Origin: Acidobacteriota bacterium
GTDB lineage: Bacteria > Acidobacteriota > UBA6911
Length of the DNA: 64,000 bases
Assembly (NCBI GenBank): GCA_963664705.1
Contig: OY761556.1
Span: 1,632,001-1,696,000, forward strand
Direction: 5' to 3'
Both the position numbers and the translations under genes were made by a program. The notes under the pieces were generated by a model. The model searched no databases and was not told where the DNA came from. It saw nothing but the letters and a program-made list of their open reading frames with translations. This document shows positions 58,501 through 64,000 of this stretch, piece after piece (the stretch's first letter is position 1; every line of letters starts with the position of its first letter).

Positions 58501-58671
58501 GTCATCGTTTTGGCCATCGCCACGAACGGAAAAGCGCTCAGAAGTGAGGTATATAGCTTTGGGGTCGTCCAGGCGCATCGGATAAAAAGATCCGCCGCTC
58601 AGCGGGAGTGCAAGAGCAGTCAGAAAAGTGCCAAGGGTTGCGAGTTTCGATAGTATTTGCAATGTCATCAT
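55594..58671 (-). CDS. Secreted pectate-lyase-like beta-helix (GH55-like) protein fused to an SMP-30/gluconolactonase propeller
   Basis: Two GDG..DD...Q/K.AI motifs with P.G.Y; C-terminal GGES..D..GNV, PERP....FGG.D.KTLFI. Confidence 0.8.
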   Translation of the reverse strand: MMTLQILSKLATLGTFLTALALPLSGGSFYPMRLDDPKAIYLTSERFSVRGDGQNDDSQGIQDAIDRVQETMGEGILFVPQGQYRITRTIFVWPGIRVIGYGNKRPIFLLQSHTPGFQQGMATMFFFAGARTREGGSFRLPPPPPGIYPPKPNVSDANSGTFYSAMSNIDFEIGEGNAAAVAVRFHVAQHGYLAHMDFHIGSGLAALNDIGNFGQDLHFHGGRYGILTRKPSPAWPYVLIDSTFDGQREAAIRENEAQLTVLHCEFRNLPDAIVIDRNYSDQLWVKDSRFESLSGAAIVISNENSRLTQINIEDADCRAVPVFARFRESGRQMNGPAASYSVQMLSHGLRLSKMGAMGKIETVYSAQPQTKLLPPDSLGRMPRLPPCELWTNVRSLGLQGDGVSDDTAALKKAISEHRILYFPMGNYVVKDTIELKPDTVLIGLHPDQTQIDLLDSTPGFQGVGSPKPLLLAPRDGKNIVTGIGLYTGGINSRAVGAMWMAGKESAMDDVRFLGGHGTNGPNGKRENPYNTNLTGDPDPRRMWDSQYPSLWITHGGGGTFANLWTPSTFAHTGLYISDTSTPGRIYQISSEHHVRTEAKLDHVENWEIYALQTEGERWESEAASSLEIRASKNITIANFHGYRVVRSLRPFPYSILIEGSSNIRFRNIHVDSNSSMAYCPETGECRQYVRSSKFSYSTCIFDPVRNLEVRDREFAFLDVNGNESKTTLTWPAVKGLAGVAAEKLASGFFNISGAAVDAVGRLYFVDTRWHRIYRWTPETRQLSVVRDNPLSPVNLAFDKSGNLMVVSSGGPGMAVYSFHPDGPEEAITPLTREPATERPGMTALLPASFWVNGDFTNTLDTNTYLYLSLEDMFRKLVTTRTPFQYVSPDRKTFIPVDDVFVQGPSYLGYKWEHSLQTFGFVEAVPGRPFYVMNESEQRTYRGTVNPDGTLSSLEIFAEQGGESLSQDIHGNVWLAAGQLFVYDPAGKLIGTVRIPERPLQIIFGGRDRKTLFILTASSLYSIKTP

Positions 58672-58961
58672 TCACTCGGTCAAAAGTATTTCAGATTTGC
58701 CATGCTCTGACGATTCAGGGCCAGCTCCAGCGTACCTCATCCGGCTTTTTTCCGAAACTGGGATCACCCTAACCTGCGTTCTTTAATGGCAAGGGCCTGC
58801 CGCAGACATCAGGAAAAGTTGTTGCGCTTGACCGGATGGGTTATCCTTCTGCGTACGATTTTAAGTTTGTCGTACGATGGAAGCAAATACTGCTCTTTGG
58901 GGCTCGCTCCGAAATGAACACTCCTTTTGGCGAACCCGAGGCAAAACCGAAGGAGATCATT

Positions 58962-59456
58962 TTGGAAAAAGTAGAGAACGGGCATTACGTATCTGTGGAA
59001 TACACCGGCAAATTGGGAAATGGCGAGGTGTTTGATTCGAGCGAAGGCCGTATGCCGCTGGAAGTGCATATCGGAGCCGGTGAGATGATTAAGGGATTCG
59101 AGGCCCAGCTTCTGGGAATGGCAATTAATGAGAAAAAGGTGTTTACCATTGCACCAGAGGATGCCTACGGCGAAAAGAAACCAAACTTAACGCAGCATGT
59201 GCCCAGAGCTTCGGTTCCGCCAAGTCTGGATCCACAGCTCGGTATGGTCATTGGGCTCATGACTCCGCAGGGCGACCGCATTCCCGCAAAGATCGTTAAT
59301 ATGGATAACGAACAGATAACCCTGGATTTGAATCATCCCTTGGCGGGAGAGTCGCTGACGTTTGAAATCGAAGTAGTGGGAATTAGCGACGCGCCCACTC
59401 AGGAGTGCTCGGATTGTTCCTCCTGTGGATGCTCCGGCAGCTGCGGAGAGGAATAA
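58962..59456 (+). CDS. slyD: FKBP-type peptidyl-prolyl isomerase (SlyD-like) with Cys-rich tail
   Basis: YTGKL..GEVFDSS, GFE, PEDAYGE, DLNHPLAGE.L.F; tail CSDCSSCGCSGSC; AGGAG RBS before TTG 58962. Confidence 0.88.
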   Translation: MEKVENGHYVSVEYTGKLGNGEVFDSSEGRMPLEVHIGAGEMIKGFEAQLLGMAINEKKVFTIAPEDAYGEKKPNLTQHVPRASVPPSLDPQLGMVIGLMTPQGDRIPAKIVNMDNEQITLDLNHPLAGESLTFEIEVVGISDAPTQECSDCSSCGCSGSCGEE

Positions 59457-59663
59457 AATCGGGGCAGTTCCTCCGGTTCACAGATCCGTCCATCCCCATT
59501 CAAAATAGTGAAAATCGGGATTCAATCCCGATTTTCACTATTCTTGCCGGCCGCAGATTTTATCGACAATGACCGCATGTCAGGTCTTTCCGCCATGGGG
59601 CTTTTATCGTCGAGAGTCCTTGCTGCCCGGGCCAGCGAGCCGTTGACCAAGAAAGAATGGCGG

Positions 59664-60155
59664 CTAAAACATGCCGTTGGTATTGGCGCCCTTCTCCGGA
59701 ATGTCCTGAATTGCATCCCAGTGCTCCACAACCTTGCCGCTCTCATCAAACCGGAAACAATCAAAGATAGCGCGCCCGCGCGTGTTTGGAATGCGTACGG
59801 AATGCACATGAATAATCACATAGTTCCCGTCGGCAAAAACGCGCTTTACTTCGCTGTGCGCCTGGGGGAAGTCCTTTTTCAACATGGCAAGAAACGCCTT
59901 GAAGCCCTCTTTGCCATCGCCTACCAGCGGATTATGTTGTTTATAGCCGGCGCCGAGGTACTTGGATGCGGCTTCGTAATCCTTTTTGTTGATGGCGAAA
60001 TCATAGAATTCCAGAGCGGCTTTTTTGTTGCGTTCCATGACATCTCTTGAAGCAGGAGCAGGCGTGAAAGGTGTGTTGGTAGCCTGAGGGACTGCCTGCA
60101 GAATTCCCAGAATAGCCGGAATTAACAGGATCGAAATCAAAGCATATTTCCACAT
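59664..60155 (-). CDS. SnoaL/NTF2-like protein with signal peptide
   Basis: YKQHNP.VGDG.EGF, ADGNYV..H, FRFDE.GKVVEHWD.IQ. Confidence 0.88.
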   Translation of the reverse strand: MWKYALISILLIPAILGILQAVPQATNTPFTPAPASRDVMERNKKAALEFYDFAINKKDYEAASKYLGAGYKQHNPLVGDGKEGFKAFLAMLKKDFPQAHSEVKRVFADGNYVIIHVHSVRIPNTRGRAIFDCFRFDESGKVVEHWDAIQDIPEKGANTNGMF

Positions 60156-60265
60156 ATTCGACCTCTCGATATTGGGTTGATGAGGAAATCGGCCGGAATA
60201 AAATCCTGGCCGGGCAGATCCGCGGGGCTGTACGGAGCGCCGCGGGGTAGATCTACAACTGGAGC

Positions 60266-60907
60266 CTAGGCCGACTCTGCGGCCTTTTGCACCATCTGAG
60301 TTGTCTGAATGAGACGCTTCAGAGTTTTTTTGAGGCTGCGCATGCCTTCCGTATCTTCGATAATTCCCTCGGCCCCTTTGTCCTTTGACCAGAAAGTCGC
60401 GCCCAGGTTGGCGCCGAATGGGCCGCCGCCTACAGGAATCATCTCGTTAATGACATAGAAGTTTTGGATAGTCTGAATCGCCAGTTCCTGCCCGCCAATT
60501 CTGTCTCCGCCATCCGCAATGCCCATCCCGACTTTGTTTCGAAGCTGCCTGGCGCCCTTGGCCGCGATGGCCCGACAGCGATCCATGATCACCTTCGTCT
60601 GAGCGCTGATGGCTCCCTGGTAAACGGGAGTCCCGATAATCCAGGCATCAGCCCAGAGCATTCTCTCGTACAACTCCCCCGATATATCGTCTTTGTGGAC
60701 GCAGCCCTCCCTTGTCCTTATGCAGAAATCGCAGTGGATGCAAAAATTCAGAGTTTTGCCTTTTACGGAAAAGTAGTACGTGTCGGCGGAGCATTCCTCT
60801 TTGGCGATCCGAAGGGCTTCCTGGATGAGGAAATCTGTGGCCATCCTCCTCGGACTTCCGGATATCCCTAGAATTCGGATTGGCCTGGCTGTTGTTTCGG
60901 GAGTCAT
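60266..60907 (-). CDS. Iron-sulfur flavoprotein / flavodoxin family (NADPH-dependent FMN reductase fold)
   Basis: ISGSPR, CIHCDFC.....C...DD, GTPVY, GGQE. Confidence 0.9.
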   Translation of the reverse strand: MTPETTARPIRILGISGSPRRMATDFLIQEALRIAKEECSADTYYFSVKGKTLNFCIHCDFCIRTREGCVHKDDISGELYERMLWADAWIIGTPVYQGAISAQTKVIMDRCRAIAAKGARQLRNKVGMGIADGGDRIGGQELAIQTIQNFYVINEMIPVGGGPFGANLGATFWSKDKGAEGIIEDTEGMRSLKKTLKRLIQTTQMVQKAAESA

Positions 60908-61177
60908 AGCTCAGTTTTGAATTCTATGAATCTCCCTCGTTAAAAGCAAGGGCAACAGATGCGTGGGCTGGCGATCAGGATCATGGAGTCATGGATTTAT
61001 TGCGCGTTCGGCATGGCAGATAAACGCAGGATTCACGGCAAGCACCCGTGCTCGAGAGGGCGTCGTCCGAGGCTTGTACCAGGGAAATAATAAAGGTACA
61101 ATCAATTTCAATAACCATATAAGTGTTGAAGGCTTTAGTTATGCCTGAACACAATCACAACTGTCTCGGGAGAAAAC

Positions 61178-62254
61178 ATGATTAAAAAGCTTGTCGTGTT
61201 GGCGGTGTTTTGCCTGGCTATTACCCCCACGAGCCTGGCGTTGGCAACTCAATCGGAGCAGTCTTCCTCATCGTCGATGCAATCGTCTTCTCCGCCGAAG
61301 ATCCTTTGGATCTATCGGGAGGAGGTAAAGCCCGGGAGGGGGGCGTTGCATGAAAAAGTGGAGGGTGGCTATGCGCGCCTTTGGGAGAGGGCAGGGCTGC
61401 AGCCATATTTGGGATTTGACGCCCTTTCAGGCGACAATGAGTCGGTATTCATCTCCGGGTATGACTCGTTCGGTTCGCTGGAGCAGGATCAGAAAGTATT
61501 CAACGAAATCTCAAACGGGCCGCTGAAAAACGAATATAAGGAATTGGCGGGGCAGGAATCGGGGTTGGTGGATCGGATGAGGTCCTCCATTGCCGTTCTG
61601 CAGCCTGAACTCAGTTATCTGAGCGAGCGCTTTCATGGGCAACTGGCCAAATCCCGCTACATTCAGGTGGAGACCTTTAAGGTGCGCCTTGGCAAGGATG
61701 GTGGCTTTGCAGACGCAGCCAAGCTGTATCAGGAAGCATATCGAAAACTGAATATTGAGGATCCCTGGCTTGTATACCGAGTGACTTCGGGCAATGACGC
61801 CGGTACCTATTTGGTATTTGCTGCGATGAATTCGATGGCTGACATGGATGCTTTAGCCGGCAGAGAAATGCAGATTCATGAAGCGATGGGCGAGAAGATG
61901 AAGGGCATGATGGAAAATGCCGGCGATGTGTTTACATCCATGCAGACAAATCTATACCGGATCAACCCGATAACCAGTCACCCGCCCAAGGAGTTTGCCG
62001 CGGCAGACCCTGCCTTCTGGAACCAGCCAAAATCATCGATTGGGGCTCTTGCGAGAACTGATTTTCCTACGGACAGAGAATCGATACGCCGTCTTCAGGA
62101 AACGCTCAATTCGCTCGGATATCCCTGCGGATCTGCCGATGGCGTGGCGGGCTTTCAAACGAAATCCGCCTTGCGGCGTTTCCAGAAAGCGAACGGTCTG
62201 ATGGTGACCGGCGACATGGATGCTGAAACGTCGCATAAGTTGGGTATTCAGTAG
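61178..62254 (+). CDS. Secreted protein with C-terminal peptidoglycan-binding domain
   Basis: Signal peptide; LQ..LN.LGY.CG.ADG..G..T..ALRRFQ...GL.VTG..D. Confidence 0.8.
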   Translation: MIKKLVVLAVFCLAITPTSLALATQSEQSSSSSMQSSSPPKILWIYREEVKPGRGALHEKVEGGYARLWERAGLQPYLGFDALSGDNESVFISGYDSFGSLEQDQKVFNEISNGPLKNEYKELAGQESGLVDRMRSSIAVLQPELSYLSERFHGQLAKSRYIQVETFKVRLGKDGGFADAAKLYQEAYRKLNIEDPWLVYRVTSGNDAGTYLVFAAMNSMADMDALAGREMQIHEAMGEKMKGMMENAGDVFTSMQTNLYRINPITSHPPKEFAAADPAFWNQPKSSIGALARTDFPTDRESIRRLQETLNSLGYPCGSADGVAGFQTKSALRRFQKANGLMVTGDMDAETSHKLGIQ

Positions 62255-62286
62255 TAATTCTCCCCCCTACGGCTCTTCGCTGATTG

Positions 62287-63219
62287 TTACGCTTGAAAAG
62301 CCGCGCGTAAAGCAGCCGCTGCCTGGGACACCGCTTGCTTTCCCTGATCAATAAGGCCGCCCATGGCAAAGAAACCATGGATCATGCCGGCATAGCGTGT
62401 GAGCTGTACTGGAACCCCTGCCTGCTTCAGTCGTTCTGCATAGGCTTCGCCTTCGTCGCGAAGTGGATCAAATTCAGCGGTGATGACGAGTGCCGGCGGC
62501 AAGCCCAGAAAACTATGTGCATGCAGCGGCGATGCCATCGGATTGCCTGGATCGATATTATTTCCTATGTAATGAGTCCAGAACCAGCGCATAGCGTCTT
62601 TAGTAAGGAAATAGCCCTCGGCGTTTTGGCTGTAGGAAAGTGAGTTGCATGCGGCATCGGTGACCGGATAGATAAGCAGCTGATATTTCAGCGCCGGTCG
62701 ACCGCGATCGCGAGCGAGCTGGGCGATTACAGCTGCCAGGTTTCCGCCGGCACTGTCTCCGCCAACCGCAATGCGAGCGGCATCGCCGCCGAAACTGGAT
62801 GCATTTTCCCAAGCCCATAGAACAGCGGCATAGGAATCGTCAACGGCGGCGGGGAATGGATGCTCCGGTGCCAGTCGGTAATCAACCGAAATGACAATAC
62901 AATGGGCCGCATTGCAGAGTGTCCGGCAGAGCCCATCAGAGCTTGCGATGTCGCCGATTACCCAGCCGCCGCCATGGAAGTATACGAACACCGGAAGCGG
63001 CGCATCCCCTCCAGGCGAATAGAGACGAACGGGTATTGCGCCTGCCGGACCCGTCAGTTCGAGATCTTCGATATTTGCAACCGATTCCGGGCTTCCATGC
63101 ATAGCCGCCATGTCAACCGACTGGCTGCGTGCTTCGCTGACAGACAATTCATGTAGTGCCGGACCGCCGAGCGCGGCCATCTGATCAAGAACGGCACGGG
63201 CTTGAGGATCGAGAGCCAT
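62287..63219 (-). CDS. HSL-family alpha/beta hydrolase (esterase/lipase)
   Basis: HGGGW, YRLAPEH.FPA, GDSAGG, DPLRDEG, HGF; GGAGG RBS before ATG 63219. Confidence 0.95.
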   Translation of the reverse strand: MALDPQARAVLDQMAALGGPALHELSVSEARSQSVDMAAMHGSPESVANIEDLELTGPAGAIPVRLYSPGGDAPLPVFVYFHGGGWVIGDIASSDGLCRTLCNAAHCIVISVDYRLAPEHPFPAAVDDSYAAVLWAWENASSFGGDAARIAVGGDSAGGNLAAVIAQLARDRGRPALKYQLLIYPVTDAACNSLSYSQNAEGYFLTKDAMRWFWTHYIGNNIDPGNPMASPLHAHSFLGLPPALVITAEFDPLRDEGEAYAERLKQAGVPVQLTRYAGMIHGFFAMGGLIDQGKQAVSQAAAALRAAFQA

Positions 63220-63321
63220 GTGAACCTCCCAGTACTTCGTGGATTTGATCGTTTGGAGGATGACAGGCTCTTGCGCCCGGTGCAACAGGGAAACCATCGA
63301 TCTGAAAAAGGGATTTGGGTA

Positions 63322-64000
63322 TTACCACATGCCTCGAAACAGGCGATAGGGGGTTGCTTTCATATAGCGCCTGTAATCGTCGCCGCGTGCGGCAAGCATT
63401 TGACCCTCTTCTACCGGGATAAAGGCAATAAACGTTGTGCCAATCAAGAATGTCCAGAACAACTGGCCCGCATGGGGGTGCAGAATAAGCCCGCATAGCC
63501 CTGCGAGAATGGCCGATCGATACATGGGATGTCGCACTTGGGCATACGGTCCTTCCGTAAGCAGACGAGTCTCCGCTCCATGGGAATAGGCGCTCACTGA
63601 GCCCGGTACGCCCAGCAGTCCATCGATTGCTTCGAAGGATATTCCCTGGAAAAACATGAGCACACAAAAAATGAACCCGACTATTCCTGCAAAGCGAACC
63701 GGCTCGGGAATCGCCAAAGCGGGTCCGGGAACAGGCTGGTGCAGCCAACACAAGGCAAGCCATGTGACCACTGTTACCGTGATATAAAAACGCCGCTCGC
63801 GTGGTGTGCTGTAGGGCTGTCCCCACACTGCCCGCTTGAACCATGAGCGTGTCATGAGCAAATGAGGTCCAATGAAAGCCGCATAGAGTCCTAGGTTGAA
63901 CCCGTAGCCGCCGGAGGCATCGGACGCGTTATATCGAAAACCGTAGAGCATGATTCCAAACAGGGAGAACAGGCCAAAATAGGAGAAGGCTTTGTATGCC
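63322..64000 (-). CDS. Isoprenylcysteine carboxyl methyltransferase-family membrane protein (start beyond right edge)
   Basis: GPY..VRHPMY, EE..M....G..Y..Y; frame open to the window end. Confidence 0.8.
   Translation of the reverse strand, partial: AYKAFSYFGLFSLFGIMLYGFRYNASDASGGYGFNLGLYAAFIGPHLLMTRSWFKRAVWGQPYSTPRERRFYITVTVVTWLALCWLHQPVPGPALAIPEPVRFAGIVGFIFCVLMFFQGISFEAIDGLLGVPGSVSAYSHGAETRLLTEGPYAQVRHPMYRSAILAGLCGLILHPHAGQLFWTFLIGTTFIAFIPVEEGQMLAARGDDYRRYMKATPYRLFRGMW

Noticed and set aside
57631-58653. 340-aa plus-strand ORF (and similar long antisense ORFs such as 13749-14738 and 31920-32759)
   Set aside because: They lie largely or wholly opposite well-supported genes and have no recognisable motifs.

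Overview
Bacterial genomic window, probably from an anaerobe. An Acidobacteriota-like origin is a weak inference from gene content. The main feature is an ~24 kb extracellular electron transfer island (21.8-45.8 kb) with 8 multiheme c-type cytochromes. I hand-counted 77 CxxCH plus 7 CX3/4CH motifs. A + strand operon encodes a 16-heme cytochrome, NHL beta-propeller, enlarged OmcE-like tetraheme (candidate filament subunit), SurA/parvulin chaperone, outer-membrane beta-barrel, second NHL propeller, 12-heme cytochrome with an OmcE-like N-terminus, TPR protein and pentaheme cytochrome. This resembles a cytochrome-nanowire assembly/secretion cluster. It converges on a - strand operon (HEAT protein, ImcH-like quinol-oxidising cytochrome, three 13-15-heme cytochromes), with a divergent PhnD-like/kinase/regulator module. 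Also present: a UGSC selenoprotein split by the ORF caller at an in-frame UGA (SECIS-like hairpin follows), an exosortase H/IPTL-CTERM module, a 4x Cys-rich repeat protein, a frameshifted EEP gene and dispersed palindromic repeat families. I saw no rRNA, tRNA, CRISPR array or transposase. All family calls come from motif recognition, not database searches.
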